From Antedon mediterranea (taxonomy: Eukaryota; Animalia; Echinodermata), in the NCBI RefSeq assembly GCF_964355755.1, contig NC_092675.1, positions 28,368,912 to 28,432,911 of the forward strand: a stretch of DNA of 64,000 nt, in the 5' to 3' direction. A model generated the notes under the pieces. It was not told where the DNA came from and did not search any database. It saw nothing but the letters and a program-made list of their open reading frames with translations. The stretch's first letter is position 1. Each line of letters opens with the position of its first letter. Shown here one piece after another: positions 52,046-64,000 of the stretch. The translations under genes were made by a program, and so were the position numbers.

Positions 52046-55000
52046 AAATGGTTCGTAATTAAACATTATCTAAGCTCCAATAATAGCTTAAATCTTGAAC
52101 CTGCTTTCACTGTATACTCTTAATCTGTATCTAATTAAAGATCATAGTAAAAATTGAATGCAAAAGTCAGTTTTCTTCCATTATAATATTCATACGTATA
52201 ATAGCCAAAGTAGAGCGGTCCAGGTTTAGGAAGTGAGTGTACTTGTTGGGGCGAACGCTCCTTATTTTTTTATATCTTTTATTAAATCCGTCGTCTCTTT
52301 TCTTTATTTTAATTTGCAAAGAATTTGAATTATGTTTTTAACTGGCGGCATTTTACGAAAGATAGCATCAATTTTTGCTTTCATTTCGATTTGAACATCA
52401 TTACGGTGTTTCTTTTTTGTAGATACATGACGATAAATCAAACTATAAAACAACATTGCATATATGACGTATTGAAATTTCCGTCTTTAATAATTGATAT
52501 CACCTATAACATGTGATATATTGATCAGTAAAGTTACTAGACGGCGTCTCGATGGCGACGTAGACTCATTTGTTGTTCGACGCATTAGCTACTAGGTCAA
52601 CGCCACACGTCTATTTGTCGACTGGTACGCGGAAACAGCGAATTCAGTATCTTATATAACATTTTTGCTTGTACTAGTAGTAATCCGTGTCGCTGTGGCC
52701 ATGCAGGATATTGATGAGCTCTGCCTACGTAATCTGTTTAATACTGACTAAACGTTGTATTTAATGAATTACTCATAATTAAAATTGACAAAGTGTAATT
52801 GAAGATGTCTACCTGTGTGCTGGGTGTGTATTAAAGGTAACTGGAATTGATTAAATGCAATGAAGATACTACTTTGTTATATATTTCCTTGCAGAAGTAA
52901 ATACTGTAGGCCTAATGATACTACAATATAAAATAAATGAGTAGGAAGCCGGCTTCGGTCACCTGTAACTTAAAAAATGACGAATTCGTTCAGTCGATTT
53001 TCAAATTGTATCTACTGTTTGTTACAGTACGACTAAAATGTGTAACCAAGCAAACCGTGAGATTCGCGTGGGGAAAATATGCTTTATGTCAATCTCTATA
53101 ATCTATATTAGTACTTTCAGTCAAAGCATTTTACTTTTTGATCTTTAGCTAATTGTAATAAATGTTAATCTCTTTGAAACAAATCTTAAGATAATTAGAA
53201 ATATGTTTCAACATTAAGCTTAAGTGACTAGTTAATTCCATGCAGTGACAGGTCCAGGCAACGAGCAATACTGCATATAAATCCTAGTCGAAAGTTTTGG
53301 TTTTAACCTAGATTTCTCCATATTATCATGGAATATTTGGTAATAAAACATCATATGTGTTTCAGATATATCCAAATGAGGTGCTGTATTACCAAATATA
53401 CCTTGATACTGGGCATATATTGTAGTGTGTGGAGATACAGCACTGAAAATCGTGTCGTGGAATTAAGGTAGTACAAATCGAATTTGATTTTACTTTTAAA
53501 ATTTCTATGAAGTTTTCAAGTAAAAAGAACGATAAGGAATTGAGGAATCCAGTCCAAAAATTCCATCATGATTTTTGCTAATTTTCTTCTTCTATTTCTT
53601 TTCCTTTATGGACGCTGGCATGATCGTCCCCATCTAGTGATTACCTGTATAAAGTCATAAAATCTGCTATCGTTTGTACAGGAATTGTACTCTTTGAGTT
53701 TAGGTTGAAACAGATCAACTTAAATACCTCCTAACATGCATTTTAGTACACAAACCAAGATTCTATCAACATTTATAGAAATTTAAATATCGTTTTTTCT
53801 ATTCTCAAATGACAATTTGTATTCAAGAAATGTTAACCTGCTTCTAAAAGATTGAAAAACAGTCACAAATACCTCTTGGGAATAATTGTTGATTCAACAT
53901 ATTGTTTTGTGCGATGAATATTAAGTAAAATAATAGGCGTAATACTAGGATAAATAGACATTCATTCAAGTTAAATCCTTGACTGTATGAACTAAGATCA
54001 ACCTTTCTTTGGACATATTGTGAATTTTAATTATAGTTCATACAGATTAATGTTTTATTGACTAAACATTATAAACATGCTATCAATGTTCCTTCGGGGT
54101 TATTTGCACGTAGAATTATCATAAATTTAGAAGTATGGTAATTCATCAAAATTATTTATCTATTAAAGATATTTTTTTTTAAATACATAGAATTTTTAAC
54201 TTTGACGTTTCTTGAAAGGTAAATCAATGTAGATCTAATTTCTTTTCCTTTGTTATTTTTTTTGTAACAAAACTATTTTTAAAACAGATTTATAGAATTA
54301 GTAGTTGTACCCAGTAAGAATATTAAATAAAGATATTTCAATGATTAATCGCTAATATACATAGCAACAGAAACATATATTCGAAGTTGTATTGATATTT
54401 AAAAAAGATGAAACGTTTAGGGATATTTTGCCAATTTCAACAGTCTGAGCAACTAAGATACTATCTAAAAAACATGAACGAAATCGGTTTAAACATCAAC
54501 ATTATCAAATGTATTGTCATGTTTTAATTATGATGACGTACACATTAGTAAAATAAACGTGATTGTTATTATTAATTGGAATCTTTAGGTTAACTTTTGA
54601 AACCATTTGGAATTACATTGGGTTTATCACGAACATAGAGGGCTTGGTGTTGTTACCAAGAGCATTATGCGCATGCTCAATCACTGTCAAATCAGCTACT
54701 ACTTGATTGATATGTTTCTCATTTGTATATAATTGACCGAATAGCTTCTAGCATATGCCTACCGCCTTTCATTGAAGATACCAATACATATCTTATTTTA
54801 GGATAGTAAAAATTGATGTTAAAGCAGCTTATGGATTCTGGAACATAATTCAAAATGATTGTTCAATAAATTGTAGCTTTAAATTAAAATGTAAATTTAA
54901 TGGTTTTAATCATTATAGCCATGTGTATGAATAGCTAATAATTAATTACGCCATGACATAATCCTGTAAATTGGTATTTCGGTAGGATAGACCTGAACCT

Positions 55001-55983
55001 CAAGACTATTTTATACTAATATATGAAAAAGCTGAAGTCAGTTGTGTTTATAGAAACAAACAGTATTAAAATTACAGTGCTTGAGCAATAATACTACTAA
55101 TAACACATGGGTCATGACGCAATTAATGTTTAATTTGGTAACGTAGGCCTACATTAGTTACACAAACTTAATTGGTTTCCTATACTAGTGTTTTTTTTCA
55201 GTAAAGAAACACTTGCATTGAATTTGCATTACGCAGCACACAAGCAGACTGCGAAATATAACTTGCGTACAATATTAATCAACATCGTTGCGATAGCTTC
55301 CGCAACTATTCCAAATTACGATTTTGTCAATATAAGCGAATTCAGAAGTTCTAAGCAGGATCTTGCGCGTGTTTATCCTTGTTATAACATCGGAGAACCT
55401 CTTTAATGTAGGATTAGATAATAAAGTCAGTTGAATTACAACAGATTCACCGTACCAATCATTTAAGTTTATGCTTTTGACGTGGCACACGAGCTTCCAA
55501 TTAACCTAGCTTCACGACCAATCATTAATCAACAAACTGTATTTGTCGTTTCGGGATATATTTGATGATCTAGCATAATCTCAGATCGTGAATGAATGTT
55601 ACTTTACTTCTTTACGCTTGTGTATTATAATAACATAATACAGGGTTTTTTTAAACCTCATAAATCTAAAATAAAATTATAAAAACAAAGTTAGATCCTG
55701 AAATTGTTCTACAAATCAGTATGATATTTTATAAGAAAACAAACATTTTTTTTGGATAATGTGTGAACTAAATTCAAAATGTTCGAATTTATTTTTAAAT
55801 CTGTATTAAATAACCTTTCTTCATTCTAAAAAAATATGCAGTTAGTCTGTAATCATGTTCTTTTAAATTAAAAAAAAGAACAGAAATATGAGCACGGGAA
55901 AGTAATTGTATTTTCTTTTTGTATATAACAGTTCTATAATATTACAAATAAAAGAAATAGATTGTAGATTGGTCATTGAGAAT

Positions 55984-56048
55984 CTGCTGGGATTCGAACC
56001 ACGGACATTTTCCGACATAGACCCCACTTTATCCAAAAACGCTACTTG
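55984..56048 (-). mobile_element. Degenerate tRNA-derived SINE head / tRNA pseudogene
   Basis: Minus strand GTAGCG...TGGATAAAG (A-box-like) and GGTTCGAATCCC (B box); stems decayed. Confidence 0.45.
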
Positions 56049-56117
56049 TAAATAAAAAGAAACACTGCTTTGAGCCACTTCCGTCAACAGAATGAAATAC
56101 AATTCTTTACACAAAGC

Positions 56118-56265
56118 TAAAGCTCTGTCTATACTATCAACTATAGTTTGACATGCCCAAATATGGTATTGGTATGCTTAAATATGGTATGACATCACCA
56201 TGTCCATATATGGGCACATAACATTTTGTTGTCACATAAAGTGTGATAGTGTAGATAGGGCTTTA
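56118..56265 (-). mobile_element. MITE family 1 copy
   Basis: TAAAGCTCTGTCTATACTATCAA ... TGATAGTGTAGATAGGGCTTTA. Confidence 0.85.
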
Positions 56266-59200
56266 CCCATATTCAGGGAACACAACCATTACGAAGACAC
56301 TTTGTTGATGGATTCCACTTTTACCAAATTGGAACGCTGTGGCTAAATATTTAGAGCTTAGTCTAAATTATGTTCAGAGTAATTCCATTCTATGCAATTA
56401 AATTGATTGAATCAGACGCGTAATGTTTACATACCACCTACGTCTACGTCTGTCTACCCATATTCTACGTTACATTGATGACACATTATGTTTCTTACAA
56501 TCTCTTATCTATTGCAATTCTGACGTCAGTGTTACATAAACGAAATCTTAACCTTCTTTTTGTCAATTATAACGGAATGTTTTAAGAGAAAACAGCCGAT
56601 TTCCTATATCATGAGATTGATGCTATCGCATGTTGTTAGTACATAACGTGTTTGAAAATAAAAAAAAGGGAGATTTCAATAAAAGGCACGTGACTTGCGC
56701 AATTTGAACCGTTTGCACTGTATAAACGATCCTAAACAAGCAATATTTCTTACAAAAAAAACGCCTCTCATCTCACGATAACTACCGTTTACATGCACCT
56801 GACAATCAGCAAATGTTTTAATAGACTCTCTTTTCCCAGACGTGCTTTGGGGGTGTGCGCATGACCAGTCCGAGTTTCTAATCACCGCATGGTAGCTGAT
56901 TCCTTATGCTTCCGTTCTCTTGAATATAACTGCCCAAAGGAGCGGCGAGAAATCTTACAATTTTTATCGTAGGCCTAACAGTACATTGGAATTTATACGA
57001 TCATACTACAATGTTATTTCTGACAAAGATATAAATGCGATTCTGACGTTCGTTTCATAGCATTGTTTTTACCGATTCTTATTTTTGATAAGCAATTAAA
57101 TATTATATTAACAATTTATAGGCCTAGGATTGTTATGATTTTTAAAAATTTAACAGATAAGTTCACAATAAAAATTGAAACTAGCGGCAGTTTTGTTAAC
57201 ACGTCGGTGACTAAACATGCATCGTAGTTTTTACCGCGTTTGATTAAAACCTGAATATGAAATCTTCAAAACCCTTGGATTATAGTTTCTTAAGGGATGA
57301 AATGTGTGACATTGAAATTACAAATCAAGTTCTCTTTACCTTAATTCAGATATGTATCTAGGTTTCATGAAACAGTTTACAACATGATGCCAAACGTATT
57401 TAACTGTCGGACAAATATCATCAGCGTACATTAATGTAGGCCCGGTCATGTGCAATATCGATGTGTGACACCGGTGTGAACAGATCAATAACACGTACAC
57501 ATAGTCATATAAACCTCCTCAGGCTATTCTCAATAATTTCAAATGTTAATGAATCGAATTTTATATTCGTAATATTTCTCATTCCCATTTCTAACTCTAC
57601 CTTTAATAGCCGGTTCTTTATGACAATTCTAAGTTACAGCCACTATTTCTAATAATTCTCCGTATTGTATCAAATACTTATCATGTGTGACGCCTACGGT
57701 TAACCTAATACTAACTTTAACGTAATACATGCGTCACATGTGATACATATGTGACAATGTATTATTGAATTTGCCAATAATGACTGGACAGATATAGTGC
57801 AATATGTGGAGATACAGTACAACGAATCGCCGGTGTCATTTCTTATATTCATATGGGATATTAGGGACTTGATATGATATTATTTTGTCGTCGTTTGTTT
57901 ATACTAATGTCACGTTTTCCTTAATTACACTATTATAGTTTAAAGTGTTCTAAGTTTATAACTAATACATACAACGAAGTGTACTAATTCAATGTGACCT
58001 GATAGTAGATCTAGGTTGGCAACATAAGTTCATTAAAAAAAATCGCACTTTACATGATTAGATCAGGAATAAAGATGACTACAAACAAATAAGGACATTT
58101 CCTGTACTAATAATATTATTGATTTGATGTATATTAATAGTTTAGACATATTCATAATGTATACATCAAAGAATAATGATGATATTAATAAGCATTTTAT
58201 GCATATTAAGTGGTAGAAGATGTGCATTTTTGTATATATTTTATATCAACAACGTATTCATCCTAGAAATTTAGTATATTACAGCGTTTCCATCTGGTTC
58301 AATCCTCGCCAATTTAAACCGCTCCATTGAATATTATATTGATTTTTGTGCCTACGCCACTTGTATGTTAATGATCGCGAGTCATTTTTGCTTGGCAACG
58401 TAAGAGGCGATTCAATCCAACTCCGATATTTAGCTTTTCAGCTGTATATTATAATGTAGGGCCAATTGTATTATGATCAAGAAAAGAATTACCATTAGAA
58501 TGCATTTTCTGACGCAAAATACAACTATATTACTGACCTTTTAACACGAACAAATCACCTTTTATTTAGTCACTCATATGCGTATTAGTTTCTATTCTTA
58601 CATCTACATTAGCACAGAGTGAATAGGCCTTTTAAGAAGGAAATTTAATTTATCACACAAAATTACGTTAAGCTCGACGAGCTTTCATACCATTTCGTCC
58701 ATTCTTAACACAAGTCCTTGGATAAAGTAAGAGATTTGATGACGCTCTGTTGTCTTGGTGGTTTATTGTGATGAAATAATTGAAGGTTCGCGCCTACAAC
58801 AAGAAGCTTAATTGTCTGTAATTACGGTGTTTTTGCAGTTTTGAAGTGATTGAAAATGGCAGTTTTACTTTATTATAAACGTATAATGTGGGTTGATGCT
58901 GTGTTTCTATAGCTCACACAACCTAAGATAATAGCGATGGAAATCCTCGGAAGAGGCTCATTATTAATTTTCTAGGTTCGTGGACAGCGCGGGATTACAA
59001 TGATTGATGGATGGTGAAATAGACAATATTTGAGAGACACTATAAACATGCCATTCGAATTCATTCGTAGCAACAATCGCGTGCCGAGAAATACGCTTTT
59101 GTGATTACCAGTCAAAGTTGAAACAAGAAAAACGAAGGAATTAACTTTCGTTTAGTTAGAATTGACAATTATTGCTAAATTTATTGATATATCCAGAAAT

Positions 59201-60143
59201 TTGAGCATCAAGCAGGCGGAACGGTGACTACGAAGATGCTACACAATGCAGACGATTTTTAATCTAATTTGTATGATCAATTCGCGCTCATTTATTACAT
59301 GAAACGTAAGAGAAGAGGTAAGTAAAATGCTGAGTATGCGATGAGTTTAATCAAGTATACTAATGCATCTAGTGTATTGCTTCGGGGTTGCTCCATTCGA
59401 CAGCTTAATCCATTTCTTGCGCGTTCGTGCATAGTCAGCAGATTATCAGGACTGAATACAATTATATATCAAAAGCAGAAGATCGAAAAATCATGATATT
59501 CTGTTGATTTACGAGGTTATGACCTCATATTCGTCACGCAAAAGACAGTAGTAGTTGTGTCACCAATGCCGACGCATCATTCATAACTATAGTATTTTTC
59601 AATTTTTAGGTAAGATGAATTAGTTGACATGTTTTAATTACAACGTTTGAAGAAGCGACCTGACACGCTCCGAGGAATGTTCAATACACCTGCAAAGAAG
59701 TAAACCAGCGGCCACTGTGTGTAATTGATCCTTGTTCTACGTTTTGATAGTCACAATTATTCTTCTAGGCAAAACAATTAAATGTTAATTTCCATCGATA
59801 ACGTGGATCGGCGATTAGGCCAGTTTCCAAGATAACTCAGTCTGTCATAATGCTAATAATAACAAGCATCTCGCGTGCTTGAAGTTCTACAGCGTACTAT
59901 AATTTTTTGCCACTATCATCTCTGAAGCGTTAGCGCCAACATCGATTTTGAATGCAATACCATTCTGTGTTTAGATTTACATCAGCTAGAAGCTTAACTT
60001 AGAACGCACTCTAAATCTACAGAAATACATAGATTTATTTACCATGCTGTTTCTATAGATACGGATTTTACTTTCATCTATTTTCCCCGACTATACGATA
60101 TTCTTATTTGTGTATACTTACTGTTGTTTACATATTGAGCAAA

Positions 60144-60569
60144 ATGGTCAATCTACGATACTATAAAAGCGTGGGAGCCCCCTGCACGCGCTTGTTACGG
60201 AAATTGAAAAATCCAATTGAGATTATGTTGTTCCCGTATGAAGGATGGATTTGCGTCGCACTGCAAACGACTTGGACTTTTAAAATACTTTGGTGGAACA
60301 AAAAACGTTGCATGATTATTCAAAAGTCGGCAGGTAAAACGATAAAAACTCATGCTAAATTTATGGACACAAAAGATGGAATGGTGTATATAACTGGAAA
60401 GATTAAGAACGATCCTTTACCGGAATTTGTGTTGGTTCTAACTTCATTCGTTACAAAGTCTGATTTTTATTCCGGCTATGCGTTAACAGGGACGTTACAT
60501 AGACGAAAGAACTCAGAGAGTGAGGCTCAGTTGACGCATTATGCTATGGTACAAAGACAAGAATCGTAG
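60144..60569 (+). CDS. Uncharacterised 141-aa protein, beta-strand-rich pattern
   Basis: ATG in AAAATGG context; ORF open from 60108; balanced globular composition (WTFKILWW, MVYITGKI, FVLVLTSF, GYALTGTL, LTHYAMVQR). No family recognised. Confidence 0.55.
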   Translation: MVNLRYYKSVGAPCTRLLRKLKNPIEIMLFPYEGWICVALQTTWTFKILWWNKKRCMIIQKSAGKTIKTHAKFMDTKDGMVYITGKIKNDPLPEFVLVLTSFVTKSDFYSGYALTGTLHRRKNSESEAQLTHYAMVQRQES

Positions 60570-63500
60570 CCTGTGCTATCCAAATCGCTTTATTATTTTC
60601 GCACCAAGAAAATACTGAATGACGTTTTGGAAGTATCAGTATCTTTTTTCCAGCATTTGTGTGCATTGCCTGACTCTCGAAACCTGATTATCCTACGCCT
60701 GAACTTTGTAACATTCAAATATTTTCAGAAGGACTATATCCTATACATTTGTGTTGTCTGTAGAGTGTATCTTGACAATCATGACAGCCCTATGCGCATA
60801 CAAAAGCAAGCCAATTCAGTAGAAGTAACATTTATTTTTTGCTTGGTGATTGACAAGTTTTAAAAACAGCTATGGCATTATATTACCTGCCAATTCTAGT
60901 ACGGTAGTATATCTAGTAACATCACACAGCCTACAGTATCGTGTATTTGCCTCTTTTAATTTCAACTTTTGCACGTGATATCGTTCAAATCTAGAGAGAT
61001 GAAAGAAAAAAATGAAAACGAAATGGTCACAGCATTAACGATAAACTTGTAATAATTTAAATTCAATAGTGACCAATAAATATTGGCAATACTGTTTCTC
61101 TGAAAAACAAGACCTGTTGATGTAATGTTGATAATAAAGGAGTTCTTCGAGTTTTGCAGAATAAAAAATGGACACCATTTTTAAATTTAAATCACACAAT
61201 CGTTTTGACTTTATTTACTGCAATGTGAAGAAAACTAATATGTATAAACTATGTGAACAGAATATATCTACCTTTAATCTATCTATCTAAATGATAATAA
61301 CTTGTTTTATGACAGCATCTATATTTTCTTGAATATGAAATTTCTGCCTACAAAGAATGAACAATATTTAAACTCTAGAATAGTAACTTTAGAATAGTGT
61401 TAGATGAAAAACACTGGAAATGATGTTTTCAAGACAGTGAACGACGACTCACACCTAATCCCAATTCGAGTGCCCATGGAGAGGTCCTCACTTTCCACGA
61501 AGAAGACAACGTCTAACCTCAAAGTGTTGAAAGAAACAGGCAATTTATAGATACAGTTTATCAGTAATACTTCGAAATCCAGAATAATTATAACTGTTAA
61601 TATTTCAATCTGTATAAATTACAGTATACTCTTTATTTGTATGAAAAGTGGTTTTTTGTTTGACTTTTCAACAACATATTAGGACTAAGTACCATTTAAG
61701 TGCGACAAATATTGACAAACATATCTATGTGAACCAACCTTCCAACTTTCGTTTCAGTTTGTGTAAACAACACATTTTGGACATTCAGTACTTTTTTTCT
61801 CAAGCTAGTATATGGAACAGTGCAATTTTGACTGCGCATGCCCATTGCGTAAGGTACCGTACTATGTACGTGCGTACATTTTAGCCAATTTATATATTTT
61901 CGTTCTCTTTTTGTACCTTTCATAATTGATGTTATATTGATGTTGGTGTTTTTCTTTTGTTTTTATTTCTGTTAGACCTTTAAAATTATTAAAATTATTA
62001 AACGTATTTTTATCTATAAAAAATGTTTTCTTTATCGTTTTTTATTTTTCCTTAAATTCCGTCAACAAGCCATTTTCTCTCAAAACAAGCGAATATCTCA
62101 TTAAAAATAATATCTTCTAGATATTGTCTTCTTAAGGTTGAATTAAGACATCATTCCATTGTAATTACAAATTGCAGTAGTGGCTCATAATTACCGATAG
62201 CGCATCAAAACAATGCCCGAGGCATGTCATCATTAATTCATCACTAAACCTAACTTAATACGAGGATTTAAATTAACATTAACATAAATTACAATTTTCG
62301 TCAATGTTTGAAAAGCTTCAATGTGTACGTTCCATGTCGTTTTTAATTTAATAACCTATTTGATTGGTGTACGTGTGTGTGTGTAAATGATGTAAATTTA
62401 ATTTAGAACATTATATCATTATGCACTGAATGTATAATTTGTATTTTAATCCAATAGACAATATTGTAAATCTCTTGATTTACCTGAAATATGAGGATGC
62501 TTTTAGCCTCTGGTAGACTTGAATGTCAAATCGGAAAACAGTTTGAAATTACCCTTTCCTGTATCTTTGTCATAAATGGAAACGACTAAATGTAAATGCA
62601 AACGAAATGAATTAAATCTTAATACATGTCATTTTGTGTATATCAGTGATAGTTTTAGGCGGTGAATTACCCAGACGATGCCAGTCCATCTAGTTTGCGC
62701 CATTAATTCACTTATATTTGCATCTTAATTCTTCGTAGACTGTTTATAGCCTTTTGTGGAATGACGTTTTGGATGTATCTTTTCGTTTCCATTCATTTAG
62801 TATTGACAAATAAAACTCGTATAAGAACCATAAACATTAATTATAAAAAAATATTTGAAATTGACTGATGTTTTCTAGAATGTTCAAATTGCATTTCAAG
62901 ATAGATTCATCGATTTCGTATCCTACGGTATATAAATAGGAAACGAAATGAATGAATGCGAAAAGAAGCTCCGGTTTTCAACGGTGTTCACATAGTTACA
63001 CTTACAGTTTTGTAAGAAAGTTTATGGAGAGCCGTTTGGGATAATGTTCATTTTGTTACAACATTTTGGGGTGGTTTTTTTTCGAATAACATTTGCTGAA
63101 TGCGCGTAAAACCTTTGAATCTTTACCAATTCTTACAAGGTTCGCTACCTAAACCACATCAAATGTTGGTGTGAATCCGGGACCGCAGGTTCGGGGGAAT
63201 CCCCCCTTTACAGCGAACCCCCCTTAACCGACTGCGAACCCCATCCCCGATATGCCCAATACCTCACCCCCATCTCTGAAAATCCTCCAAATACGTACCC
63301 CATAGTACAAGTGTCCCAAATACTCCCTGGCTGACAGATCCTGGCTATAGTCCTGTAATCTATAGGAGCCTACCTTGAAATACACCTGGATTTTAGATGT
63401 ACGAAAGCATACCAACTTTCACATCAACCATTTCAGGCCTAGTAATAATAATTATTATCTAAACTTCTAAAATGTATATATTGTACAAAACGTCCTTATT

Positions 63501-63600
63501 TATAGCCAATGCAGTTATAACCAATATATCAAACAGGGAAACCTTTTTTTTTTATTAAATTTGAGCTCAGCTCGTATTATGTTTCGACAATCACGAGTTA

Positions 63601-63768
63601 AGCGTGGTTCCCTTCCGATAATTGTGTTTGCCCCCGCCTGCGTGAAATCAAATCTGCGATGTTTGCTGCATTGTTACGTCGTCGGTTCCCACTTGTTATA
63701 TTACGCAATACAGCACTTTGGGTCAAAACCTCGCTGCGTTACGTTGCGTCGCTAGTGGGAACCACGCT
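63601..63768 (+). mobile_element. MITE family 2, PIF/Harbinger-like, with TTA target-site duplication
   Basis: TTA-AGCGTGGTTCCC ... GGGAACCACGCT-TTA. Confidence 0.85.
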
Positions 63769-64000
63769 TTAGAATAATTTGATTGTTGAGATGGAGACGT
63801 AAATGAAACTCATCATGTTTCTGACATAGCTCATCTTAAAACATAACATATTGTATTAATTAGTATCGCTTGATCGATGTCTACTAACCATAATGATTTC
63901 GCGTGCCTCGTGTTACTAATAATAATCGTTTATATTTATAAGGGCTAGCATAAAAATTAATATTAGTAGTGTACCATGGTTTGCCTGAGTGATTACTATG

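Noticed and set aside
61404-61550. Short ~48-codon ORF or terminal exon
   Set aside because: Too short and lacks linked exons or motifs.

Overview
AT-rich eukaryotic (metazoan, probably marine invertebrate; taxon is my inference) genomic DNA with GT-AG introns. Two genes are confidently recognisable: a complete 28-coding-exon PIK3R4/VPS15 (+, 27451-44068, about 1388 aa by my exon assembly) and a two-exon BMP9/BMP10-subfamily TGF-beta ligand (+, 50349-52045, about 398 aa). Less certain: a minus-strand orphan ORF with an N-myristoylation/palmitoylation start (46397-46897) lying head-to-head with the BMP gene, a compact orphan ORF at 60144-60569, and the 5' part of a minus-strand gene (putative TSS near 22.38 kb, proline-rich exon 3783-4028) that runs off the left edge. 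That gene and VPS15 are separated by a ~4.1 kb foldback-type element containing inverted ~96-bp arrays, POU-Sox-like motifs and a tRNA-Ile-headed, oligo(T)-terminated unit. Introns and intergenic DNA contain many MITEs, Helentron-type elements, LINE ends, a Penelope-like end with an inverted pair of hammerhead-like motifs, and a partial duplication of a VPS15 exon with an intact splice acceptor. All coordinates and alignments were read by eye; no database searches were run.
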